Source: a virus
Lineage: Duplodnaviria; Caudoviricetes
Strand: one strand, 5' to 3'
Virus record (IMG/VR): IMGVR_UViG_3300042868_009047
DNA length: 64,000 nt
The notes beneath the pieces were generated by a model. It was not told where the DNA came from and ran no database searches. It saw only the letters and a list, made by a program, of their open reading frames with translations. Positions 17,397 to 26,265 of this stretch are shown piece after piece. The position numbers were made by a program, and so were the translations under genes. Within the stretch, counting starts at the first letter, position 1, and each line of letters opens with the position of its first letter.

Positions 17397-17959
17397 TATT
17401 GTAAAGGGTTTTGTGATTGCTTGTTTTGTGTGATCTTAATCAAATTATTTCTTCCGATTTGTGGGTCGTTATATGATCTACCAATTGTGTTTAATAAATT
17501 TAACAAATCTTGGTTTAAAATCAAGGTTCCACCAATTAAATTAATCTTAGGGTCCTCTTCATCAGTATCAACCACAATCTCTTTAACACCATCCAAAGTA
17601 GGATTTTTAATGACATCAGCTGTTAATATTACACGACCATTCTCTAACCTGATATTAACGTACGGTAACATCAAACCAGTGGCACCAATAAAATCACCAA
17701 TAGCTTTTGTAAACTCAGTTTTACTTTCATCAGATAACTGAATATCATCAGCTTTACTTAAATAACCAACGGTATTAATATTGTCAAATGTTAATTCCTC
17801 ACCATCCTTTGATTCAACCTCAACAGGTTCTGTTCTAACCATTTCATCGTTTTCATTTAATAATGATTTAGTTTTTTTAGCCGATTCCTGTAATTGAACC
17901 GTTCTTACTTTGTGTAGTAATGATTTAATATCATCGTAGCTTTTATCGTAATTGTTCAT
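17396..17959 (-). CDS. Hypothetical protein (187 aa)
   Basis: Tiling ORF with leader ...KSLLNE. Confidence 0.8.
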   Translation of the reverse strand: MNNYDKSYDDIKSLLHKVRTVQLQESAKKTKSLLNENDEMVRTEPVEVESKDGEELTFDNINTVGYLSKADDIQLSDESKTEFTKAIGDFIGATGLMLPYVNIRLENGRVILTADVIKNPTLDGVKEIVVDTDEEDPKINLIGGTLILNQDLLNLLNTIGRSYNDPQIGRNNLIKITQNKQSQNPLQ

Positions 17960-18569
17960 GTTTGTATTCTTTATTTATTAATTCATTTATTTTCTTAAAA
18001 TCGGCTGCTGGTGACAAATCATAGTTGTTTTTTGTGTAATTACTCCTATTCAATACCCCTTTTTGTAAGTTTGGTTTATTTATAACAATATTATTCCCTA
18101 TAAAATCTTTTATTATGCCGTATTCTATACATAAATAGTCTATTAATTCCGCAAGTTTCGTGTACTGTTCATCGGAATAAGTAGCCCAATGTTTTTTATT
18201 TCTCCAAGGTATATCAACTACATCACCAAAATATTCAGAACCTTTCCAGGTAAAATATTTATCTAAAGCAAGGTCTTTACTTAACCAACCAACATTTTCT
18301 AAACAAATTGTTATTGAATTTTTTTCTATTTGCTGTTCCCACATAAGTAGGCTATAGTATTTAGGATCAAAGTGCTGGTAAATTTCTCCGCTTTGTGAAA
18401 TAAAAAAACACGGCAATCGGTTGTATTTACCGTTGTACCGTGTTTTAATTTTTACCAAGTACTCACCAATGGTACATGACGTATGTGTAAGAATTATTTG
18501 TTTCTTTTTGGTTTTGTTTTTCTGTATGCTCTCATTACTATCAAAGTAATATTCCTTATTGACCACCAT
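17943..18569 (-). CDS. N-acetylmuramoyl-L-alanine amidase (Amidase_2)-fold protein, possibly degenerate
   Basis: IILTHTS, FFISQSGEIYQHF, NSITICLEN, YSDEQYTKLAELIDYLC and YDLSP align with amidase motifs. Confidence 0.7.
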   Translation of the reverse strand: MVVNKEYYFDSNESIQKNKTKKKQIILTHTSCTIGEYLVKIKTRYNGKYNRLPCFFISQSGEIYQHFDPKYYSLLMWEQQIEKNSITICLENVGWLSKDLALDKYFTWKGSEYFGDVVDIPWRNKKHWATYSDEQYTKLAELIDYLCIEYGIIKDFIGNNIVINKPNLQKGVLNRSNYTKNNYDLSPAADFKKINELINKEYKHEQLR

Positions 18570-19425
18570 CTTTTGTGAAAACCATAATATTTTCTATTCC
18601 GTTATTCTTAATTTCATCAGTTTTATCGTAAACAGGATAGTTTTCTAAATCGTTTTCAGTTGGGGTTTCTTCAATAGCGGGTTCTTCGACAATTTCTGGT
18701 TCTGTGTTAATTTGAATATCTATTAAAGAATCTTCTTCAAAATTATTATCCAGATCATCATCCACATCTTCACCAGTTTCATATGGTGTGAAAGCTAAAG
18801 CTGTTGGTTCATCCTCTAAATCATCTTGAGTAATTTCGGGTAATTTACCCTCTTTACGTAATTCATCAACTTTTTCCCAAACTTTTTTAGCCTCATCATT
18901 TAAATTTGATTGTGTAACCGCATCAGTTATTTGTGTTTGTGTTACAGAATCGGTTATTTGGTCATTTACTGCGGTTGTTGTCTCGTCATCTGGTCTTATA
19001 TAATCAACCAATGATTTAATAAAACCTAAAGCCACTAATGGTAAGATTGCCCCACTAACAATTGACAATATTCTTTTTTGTTCAATGGGGTCACTATCAA
19101 CTAAACCAAATAATTCAATCCATGACTGGTAGTTAGTTAAATGGGTATAAGCAAAAAAAGCATTACCCATCGCCTGCATTGCCGTTAACATAAAAAATAA
19201 GGCCCATACAATACCCTTATTCATTTTCTTAAGGGCTATAATGGATGCTAACGATGCTGCGGCACCAACCTCAAAGGCCAGCGCCAATGTTACGGCTAGC
19301 CATCTTGGGTTTGATAACTCAAAGAAATCAATTACGTGGATTGTTGATATCAAAGATACCATCACATACAATGTGACAAACGTTCCAATTATAAAGTTTC
19401 TTGTTAATTTATTTTCTGATCGCAT
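18556..19425 (-). CDS. Multi-pass membrane protein with acidic C-terminal tail (holin candidate)
   Basis: About 4 N-terminal hydrophobic helices; adjacent to the amidase gene. Confidence 0.7.
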   Translation of the reverse strand: MRSENKLTRNFIIGTFVTLYVMVSLISTIHVIDFFELSNPRWLAVTLALAFEVGAAASLASIIALKKMNKGIVWALFFMLTAMQAMGNAFFAYTHLTNYQSWIELFGLVDSDPIEQKRILSIVSGAILPLVALGFIKSLVDYIRPDDETTTAVNDQITDSVTQTQITDAVTQSNLNDEAKKVWEKVDELRKEGKLPEITQDDLEDEPTALAFTPYETGEDVDDDLDNNFEEDSLIDIQINTEPEIVEEPAIEETPTENDLENYPVYDKTDEIKNNGIENIMVFTKDGGQ

Positions 19426-20951
19426 TAATTCAAAATTGTTTTAAATATGTTTTTTGTTTCGTTAATTTCTTCCATAACCTCATCAAGTGAGTCTTCTTTT
19501 TTACCCAAAGGAGCTTTTAATAATTTAGCGACCTCACCTTGCGTAACCAAATCACCGTGAATAATTTGTTCTTCAGCCTCACCCATAACAACATGTTTGT
19601 TAATGTTTCTGATAACAACATTTGCTGTTGTTGTGATTACATCCAAATTACCGATGATACTATCTTTAGTACCCTGCCAAAGAGCAATATAATTTACAGC
19701 GTATTTTAAACCTGGTACGTCAAAAGATTTTAAAACAACATATGCAACTGATTCAGCTTGTAATTCCAAAACTTTAGGTAGGTCTCTACCAACATACGCA
19801 TCCAAAATATGTTTTGATTTTTCACTTAAATTACCATCTTTAGTTTCTTCAGCCTTGGCTTTTGTTTTTAAAAATTCCTGGTGCATTAATTCATGGGCAA
19901 ATTCGTGTATGGCTGTTGAAGCTTTACCAACACCAACAGCATCGCTAGAGATTCTAACTTTACCACCAGCTGAATAACCTTTTTCACCACCTTTGGAATC
20001 TTCAACAGCGAAATCAATACCATAATCTTGGTAAACTTTAACCATCGCATCAAAGATCTTATCAGCAACTTCATTTTCTTCAGTACTAAACCAGTCTAGT
20101 TTTGGTTTTTCAACAGAAGAAGCACCTTCACCTTTATCATTAACAACATCGGCAGTATCATAAACAGGATATAGTATATACGGCATTGACGCAACTGGAT
20201 CATTCATCATTTTTTCCATTTTTTGTTGCATATCTGGGGATAATTTACCACCTTTACCAAACTTCTTCATGAATTCCTCTTTTCTAGTTTTTTTATCTAG
20301 AGCCGTAGGCGGTTTAAGTGTTGGTCTCCAAATAATAATTTGTTGAGCACCTTCTTTTGGGGCATAACCTAATTTAGACCAACCAGATCTTGAATTAACT
20401 TTTGTCGCATCCCTTTTTTGAATATAAATCAAAATTTGGTTATTGAATGAATAACCTGGAAATTTAGCCAACCAGTCAAAATATTCTTTAATCTTCCCAG
20501 TTAAAGTAACGCTATCAACCTCATCAGCCAATTCATTAATAAAGCCCTCAATCTTTTTAATAATGTCATCTTTTGACACATCAGACTCGGGTGCAATAGG
20601 TGCTGACATAACAGCATCTTTAACATCCTCGAGCTTTTGTATTAACTCATTAGCTTCGTTTGAACCACCTAAAGATTTATTTGCTTCCGCAACAGCTCTT
20701 TTAGCTATCTCAATAACAGCCTCAATCGGTTTAAACTTATCGTTCAACCACCATTGTTTATTGGTGCCGTCCCACATAAAACCGTTTCTCTTTAATATAT
20801 CTTTAGCTGCGATTACTTCTTTTGTAGCAGCATTAGGCTCTTCTAAATCGGAGACAACAATAACTCTGTTTGACCCGAATTGATCTTTAACGACTTTAGC
20901 TAAAGTTAAAGCCTCATTAATTGATGATTTTGTGTGTTTAAATACTAACAT
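19425..20951 (-). CDS. ArdC-like protein (ArdC N-terminal ssDNA-binding domain plus HExxH metallopeptidase-like domain)
   Basis: YSFNNQILIYIQ..ATKV....WSKLG..PKEG...IIIWRP is ArdC-N-like; AIHEFAHELMH...ELQAESVAY is the zincin-like domain. Confidence 0.8.
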   Translation of the reverse strand: MLVFKHTKSSINEALTLAKVVKDQFGSNRVIVVSDLEEPNAATKEVIAAKDILKRNGFMWDGTNKQWWLNDKFKPIEAVIEIAKRAVAEANKSLGGSNEANELIQKLEDVKDAVMSAPIAPESDVSKDDIIKKIEGFINELADEVDSVTLTGKIKEYFDWLAKFPGYSFNNQILIYIQKRDATKVNSRSGWSKLGYAPKEGAQQIIIWRPTLKPPTALDKKTRKEEFMKKFGKGGKLSPDMQQKMEKMMNDPVASMPYILYPVYDTADVVNDKGEGASSVEKPKLDWFSTEENEVADKIFDAMVKVYQDYGIDFAVEDSKGGEKGYSAGGKVRISSDAVGVGKASTAIHEFAHELMHQEFLKTKAKAEETKDGNLSEKSKHILDAYVGRDLPKVLELQAESVAYVVLKSFDVPGLKYAVNYIALWQGTKDSIIGNLDVITTTANVVIRNINKHVVMGEAEEQIIHGDLVTQGEVAKLLKAPLGKKEDSLDEVMEEINETKNIFKTILN

Positions 20952-20955
20952 TTGA

Positions 20956-21249
20956 TTATTTGTTTTCCAAAGCGTTTATTTCTTTATCGATTTCAGCTTG
21001 TCTGGTAACATCTAACATTTTTCTATCGGTTGATTGGATCATACGTTTTTCGGTTCTAAGACCTTCAAGTCTTAAATCTTCGTGTGTGATTATCATCATT
21101 TCCAACGAATCTACTTTGTTAGACATCTTGTCAATTCTTTTATTCAGACTCCTTACATCGCTATTACATGTTCTCATGAATAGTAATACTAACATAACCA
21201 AGACTATCTTGGTAAAATGTTTGTTCAAAATTTGTTCGATTTTGTTCAT
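20956..21249 (-). CDS. Membrane-anchored (possibly lipoprotein) coiled-coil protein (97 aa)
   Basis: Hydrophobic IVLVMLVLLF followed by MRTC, then coiled coil. Confidence 0.7.
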   Translation of the reverse strand: MNKIEQILNKHFTKIVLVMLVLLFMRTCNSDVRSLNKRIDKMSNKVDSLEMMIITHEDLRLEGLRTEKRMIQSTDRKMLDVTRQAEIDKEINALENK

Positions 21250-21252
21250 ACT

Positions 21253-21260
21253 TATAAATA
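21253..21260 (-). promoter_or_regulatory. Putative late-promoter motif TATTTATA
   Basis: Intergenic, only 3 nt before ATG 21249. Confidence 0.4.
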
Positions 21261-21278
21261 TTTAGTTTTTAATTAAAA

Positions 21279-22085
21279 TTACAATAAATTAAAGATTCCC
21301 CCAGAATAAAATCTAAGTTTCTTAATTGCTTTCTCTTTAATTTGTCTAACACGCTCTTTTGTTAGCTCCAAATCTTCAGATATTTCTTGTAGTGTACATT
21401 CATTACCGTCCAAACCAAAATATCTAACAATAACAAGTTTTTCTGTTTCTGTTAGATTATTTAAAACGTTATTTAAGGCGTTAACTAAATTAACCCTGTC
21501 ACTATCATAAGCCTCATCTGGTCTTGGTGATGATTTATCTTCGTAAATATCGTATAAAGATAAACCTTCATCATCATATTTGTCATCAAGTCTTTCAACT
21601 GATGGTAAATTTGAGAACCCGTTAATAACACTGTTCTCAGTCATGGAAGCAAAATTCTTTTGTGCTTCTTTGTTGGCTTTACGAACATCATTAATTACGT
21701 TAATTGGTAATCTAATCATTCTTGAATTATCATGTAACGATTGAATGATTGATTGTTTAATCCACCAAACAGCATAGGATAGGAATCTAACCTCTTCCTG
21801 TTCGTAATTAAACCTCTCGGCTGCTTTTAATAAACCAAGGTTACCCTCAGATATTAAATCCTCAAAATTTACACCTTGACCCTGATATTGTTTCGCTACA
21901 GTAATGACATATCTAAGGTTTGAGTAAATCAATTTTTCTTTTGCTTTACTATCCCCAGCTTTAATTTCTTTAAGCAACTCACGTTCCTCAAGTCGGGTAA
22001 GGGGTTCATGTTTTCTTACATCTTGTAAGTAATTTGCGATCTCTCTTTGATCGATCCAGTGTGATGTGTCAATTCTCTGTGTCAT
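21279..22085 (-). CDS. RNA polymerase sigma-70 factor (RpoD/RpoS-like, lacking region 1.1)
   Basis: Region 1.2 YLQDVRKHEPLT; region 2 NLRYVITVAKQY..DLISEGNLGLLKAAERF..RFLSYAVWWIKQSI; region 4 TLQEISEDLELTKERVRQIKEKA. Confidence 0.95.
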   Translation of the reverse strand: MTQRIDTSHWIDQREIANYLQDVRKHEPLTRLEERELLKEIKAGDSKAKEKLIYSNLRYVITVAKQYQGQGVNFEDLISEGNLGLLKAAERFNYEQEEVRFLSYAVWWIKQSIIQSLHDNSRMIRLPINVINDVRKANKEAQKNFASMTENSVINGFSNLPSVERLDDKYDDEGLSLYDIYEDKSSPRPDEAYDSDRVNLVNALNNVLNNLTETEKLVIVRYFGLDGNECTLQEISEDLELTKERVRQIKEKAIKKLRFYSGGIFNLL

Positions 22086-22704
22086 TGTCTGTATTATAGC
22101 GTTTTAAAATTAATTTCTCCTCTTCTGTTAAACTTTCATATCCGTATTCAATTATTTTATCCAAAATTGGATCAATAATATCCATACTAATTCTTACCTC
22201 TTTACCTCTATCTCTTTTTTCGGTTGCGTTTTTTATCTCCTCTTCTAATAAAGCGATATATTGTTCCCTTGCTTTTGCCACCAAATCAACAAAATATTGT
22301 ATTTTATTTAATGTTAGCTCGTTATGTCTTTTAGGCCCTTCCATGTACAAGTGTTTATAATATTCATCTGTAACATGCTTTGAATACTTTTCTTTTGTTA
22401 TGTCAAATAAAAAGAATGATTCTGTATACTCCGAATACATCTTCTTAAAAAACTTATCCAGAAACTTCATATTTTCTTTTGAGTTAAAGATCAGTATGAT
22501 TGAAGCTGGGCCAAAAATCCATTTCAACTGGTGCTCATTATCTAATATTGGTTTTAGTCCGTGCTTAAAGTTATCAGGATATTTTCCAACAAAAAACATG
22601 ATATACTTTCTAGGTTTTTTACTAAATATTTTGTTAAAAAACAAATAGGTTTCATATTTTATTTTAAAAACTATCCAATCTAATATTCTAACCATTTGCA
22701 TCAA
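22069..22704 (-). CDS. Hypothetical protein (211 aa)
   Basis: Tiling ORF with C-terminal IDPILDKIIEYGYESLTEEEKLIL motif. Confidence 0.75.
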   Translation of the reverse strand: MMQMVRILDWIVFKIKYETYLFFNKIFSKKPRKYIMFFVGKYPDNFKHGLKPILDNEHQLKWIFGPASIILIFNSKENMKFLDKFFKKMYSEYTESFFLFDITKEKYSKHVTDEYYKHLYMEGPKRHNELTLNKIQYFVDLVAKAREQYIALLEEEIKNATEKRDRGKEVRISMDIIDPILDKIIEYGYESLTEEEKLILKRYNTDNDTEN

Positions 22705-25069
22705 CTACTTTTGAGATGTTATCTGTTTTTTCTACCCTTACAATATTATCAGCCCAATCTTGTACATATGGGTTGTGACTAATCACCCAAATGTGTTCAA
22801 ATAACGTTTTTAATTTCTCGAAGAACATACCCAATCTATCCAAGTTATCGTTAGATACTTTACCAGTAACCTCATCAAATATGATGATATTTGGTTTAGG
22901 TAATGAACATACTTTACTCAATACGCATCTTAACGCTAATGAACTAACGGTTTTCTCATAACCAGAGCCAGATGCTAATGGTTTTTCAATACCACTTTCA
23001 CAATCAATCATCCAGAACTCAATCTCGTTCTTATCGTTAATGCGCATTTCAAGATCAAAATCACAAGTATCCGATAAAAGAATTTTCAAGTGGCTATTGA
23101 TTAACGGAATCATGGTGCTTAATACCATCTTAGAGATACCGTTTTTACCATATACATCTAAATAAACCCTGAAAATTTTATCAACAACCTCTTCACGTTT
23201 AAGCTCAGTTATTAAATTATTGTACTCACCAATTTTGGTTTCAGATAATTCAATATCCTTTTTAAAACCGTTGATTTGTAACATCAATCCTTCTTTCTCG
23301 TTTGTCTCATTTTCAACTTTGAACTTCAATCTTTGTAAATCGGTATCAATTATTTTGTTTTTTTCCAAAGCTTCTTTTGCCAAACCATAAGATTTTAACT
23401 TTTCTTCACCACGCTCTAAACTACCGTTATAGTTAGTTAACTCCATTTGTTTGTTTTGCAACAACAATTCAGCTTTATTGTAAGCATCCCACAAAGTTTT
23501 AATGGTATCGTAACTTTCTATCTTAGCAGACAACTCTTCTATACTTGTCGTTGCTTTTTTATGTGCAGTGGTTTTAGTTTTTAACTTTTTATTGTTTTCA
23601 GCAATTTCTTTTTTGTGGTCAATACCTTCCAACGGTCTTTGGCAAGATTGGCAAATTTCACCATCCTCAAGCATTCTGATTGTTTTTTCAATACCAGAAA
23701 TCTCAACCCTCAACTCAACTTCTTTTTCCCTGGCATCACGAATGTTTGAAACAGCTGTTGCATACGCATCAACATCAAATTGTTCATTAGGCATTGGATT
23801 ATCCTTTTTTAATTGCTCGATCTCCTCTGTCTTTGTTTTGACAAAACCTTTAAGTTTATTAATACCAGACACAATATCATCCTCATTTAATTTGTACAAT
23901 TCAGTATCAACATTAACACGGATTTTATTTAATTCATCCCTTTCCTCATCAAAAGATTTTAACAAATCAACCTTGGCTTTAAGACTAATATTTAAACTGT
24001 CTATAAATTCTTTGTTATTTTTAATCTTATCATTCTCCACTTCAATCTTAACAAAAATCTCTTGTGAGTTGTTATGGTACAATTTAGATTTTTCTTTCCA
24101 CTCCTGGTGTTTTTTCTTAGCAATTTTTTCTTTCTCTCTAAAAAATTCCAATCCAATAAATTTGGTTAAGATTCTACCACGCTCAGTTGGTTTTGTTTTA
24201 ATTAAATCATCCAAGTTATCACCAGTTGTTAAGATGGTAATTAAGAAGTCCTCATATGAACCAACGTAAGTCTTAATCAAATCATCAGTAAACTTTCTTT
24301 GTTCACCATTTAATTGTTTAACACCACCTTTTGGTAATACCTGATAGAAATCTAATTCGCTTTTACAAGTATACTCGCCATTTCTACCTTGTTTTCTGTT
24401 GATTTTTCTACTGATGATGTAGTTATCACCTTCGATTTCAACCATACCTTTAACACTAACATTATCCTCATCACTGAATCGGTTAAACACATCTTCCATC
24501 TTATCAGTCTTTGATGTAACACCGAAGAATAAGAATAATAATAAGTCAACCGTCATTGTTGTTTTACCGCCAAAATTAGCTGGGTTTGATACAACAGATG
24601 TAATACCCAATTTATCAGTAAAATCAATTCTGTTATCCTCACCAAATGATAAGAAATTTGAAAACTGAATTTGTTTAATTTTGAATTTTTTATACCTATT
24701 TGTTTGTTCCTTATAATCCTCTAACTCAACATTTACCGAATTATCAAGCTTCATTAAATAATCAATCGGAACGTCAACGTTTTGATCTTTTAAATAACTT
24801 TCTATTAATTGTTTTTGGTAGTTTTCGTCCAAAATAATTTCAGAAGCATCAGCAGTTCCTTCGGCAACAACATCACTATTTTTTATTGATATTGGTTTAA
24901 AGATTACCTTAACTTTTGTGGTTTTATATTTATTTTGAAAGTATTTTTCAATTTGCTTTTCCTTATGCGTTGAATGGTTATCCAACGTATCTTCCCACAT
25001 AACCTTAATATGGTTATTGCTATCGTACAAGTCAGCTGACTCTATTTTAGATTTCGTCATATACGTCAT
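22688..25069 (-). CDS. sbcC: SbcC/Rad50/gp46-like SMC ATPase with an N-terminal extension
   Basis: IQFSNFLSFG, Walker A NFGGKTT, coiled coils with CQSC zinc hook, signature-like ASGSGYEK, Walker B IIIFDE, and the H-loop SH. Confidence 0.92.
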   Translation of the reverse strand: MTYMTKSKIESADLYDSNNHIKVMWEDTLDNHSTHKEKQIEKYFQNKYKTTKVKVIFKPISIKNSDVVAEGTADASEIILDENYQKQLIESYLKDQNVDVPIDYLMKLDNSVNVELEDYKEQTNRYKKFKIKQIQFSNFLSFGEDNRIDFTDKLGITSVVSNPANFGGKTTMTVDLLLFLFFGVTSKTDKMEDVFNRFSDEDNVSVKGMVEIEGDNYIISRKINRKQGRNGEYTCKSELDFYQVLPKGGVKQLNGEQRKFTDDLIKTYVGSYEDFLITILTTGDNLDDLIKTKPTERGRILTKFIGLEFFREKEKIAKKKHQEWKEKSKLYHNNSQEIFVKIEVENDKIKNNKEFIDSLNISLKAKVDLLKSFDEERDELNKIRVNVDTELYKLNEDDIVSGINKLKGFVKTKTEEIEQLKKDNPMPNEQFDVDAYATAVSNIRDAREKEVELRVEISGIEKTIRMLEDGEICQSCQRPLEGIDHKKEIAENNKKLKTKTTAHKKATTSIEELSAKIESYDTIKTLWDAYNKAELLLQNKQMELTNYNGSLERGEEKLKSYGLAKEALEKNKIIDTDLQRLKFKVENETNEKEGLMLQINGFKKDIELSETKIGEYNNLITELKREEVVDKIFRVYLDVYGKNGISKMVLSTMIPLINSHLKILLSDTCDFDLEMRINDKNEIEFWMIDCESGIEKPLASGSGYEKTVSSLALRCVLSKVCSLPKPNIIIFDEVTGKVSNDNLDRLGMFFEKLKTLFEHIWVISHNPYVQDWADNIVRVEKTDNISKVVDANG

Positions 25070-25475
25070 AATTATCTCTTGGTTGTTTCTTGATTAATGT
25101 TATTGGTTTTTTTACTGGTTTTGGTTCTTCTTGTTTAACCTCATAGGTTGGTTCCTTTGGTTGTTCAGTGACAACTTCTGGTTCTTTTTCAACAATAGGT
25201 TCCTCAACCTTTTTCTTTCTACCACCTTTTTTCTTTGGTTGTTCAGTGACAACTTCTGGTTCTACAACAGGTGCTTCTTCAACAGGTGGTCCATTAAAGA
25301 TCATATCAGCTTCAGTCTTGTTAAAAAACATCGCAAACGATTCACCATATTTTTTTAAATCAAAACCTTTTCTAAGTGTTTTGTTTATAAAATCATCTAC
25401 ATCAGTTATTTGATTTACCTTACAAAAGTCAACTATATCCTCATGTAAAGATTTTTCTATATTAACACTATGCAT
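25047..25475 (-). CDS. Hypothetical protein (142 aa) with Pro/Glu/Lys-rich tail
   Basis: Overlaps both sbcD and sbcC; contains an internal 31-bp duplication. Confidence 0.75.
   Translation of the reverse strand: MHSVNIEKSLHEDIVDFCKVNQITDVDDFINKTLRKGFDLKKYGESFAMFFNKTEADMIFNGPPVEEAPVVEPEVVTEQPKKKGGRKKKVEEPIVEKEPEVVTEQPKEPTYEVKQEEPKPVKKPITLIKKQPRDNYDVYDEI
25155..25263. repeat. Exact 31-bp direct repeat (25155-25185 and 25233-25263)
   Basis: ctttggttgttcagtgacaacttctggttct occurs twice and encodes EPEVVTEQPK. Confidence 0.9.
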
Positions 25476-26265
25476 TTACCAAAATCTCGTTATTTTCTTC
25501 AATATCACTCATATCGGTTATTTTAAATGTCAAATACTTAACAGGGTTTTCAATATCAAAAAACTCATATGATAACAATTTATCATTTTGAATTTTAACA
25601 ACATTAAAACCGTGTTCGCTAACCGTTTCACCAAAATTTTGCTGAATAAGCGACCCAACCATTATGATTGGTGTGGTATCATGCATAAAAACTTGTCTTT
25701 TATGAATATCACCACAAAGAACCATGTCACAATGTCTGAATTTGTTTACTTCAGCGCCATGGCTAAATTTAAACCCTTGTTCATTTACAGCACCAACAAT
25801 TGTACCGTGGTACAAACCGATGTAAGTGCCATTATATGGTCTCATTTCCAAGCTTTCTGGCGCCATATGATTATCAAAGATACTAAACACAGACCAAACA
25901 ACATTTTCGTCTTGGTATAAAGCTGATTTTGTGTAATAAACAATGTTATCAGCATCTAAAGCGTTAATGATGGGTGTCAGAGCGTCCATACGCTCTTTAT
26001 TCTGCTCAACGATGTCATGGTTACCTGGAATGATAATAACCTTACCAGTGACCTTAGAACAGCCACTTAAGAACCATGATACTTCGCTAACCAATTCTGG
26101 GCTAATTTGGTTTCTTGAATGTACGATATCACCAGCAATAACAATTCTTTCTGGTTTGATTCGTTTCATTTGATCAAAAAAGTTTTCGCAAATCGCTCTG
26201 AACTCGTTGTGTCTTTGGATATTTCTAAAATGGATATCCGCTATGTGTGCAATTGTTTCTATCAT
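25468..26265 (-). CDS. sbcD: SbcD/Mre11/gp47-like metallophosphoesterase (short, 265 aa)
   Basis: HIADIH, IAGDIVH, PGNHD, LYHG and CGDIHKRQ motifs. Confidence 0.92.
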   Translation of the reverse strand: MIETIAHIADIHFRNIQRHNEFRAICENFFDQMKRIKPERIVIAGDIVHSRNQISPELVSEVSWFLSGCSKVTGKVIIIPGNHDIVEQNKERMDALTPIINALDADNIVYYTKSALYQDENVVWSVFSIFDNHMAPESLEMRPYNGTYIGLYHGTIVGAVNEQGFKFSHGAEVNKFRHCDMVLCGDIHKRQVFMHDTTPIIMVGSLIQQNFGETVSEHGFNVVKIQNDKLLSYEFFDIENPVKYLTFKITDMSDIEENNEILVNA

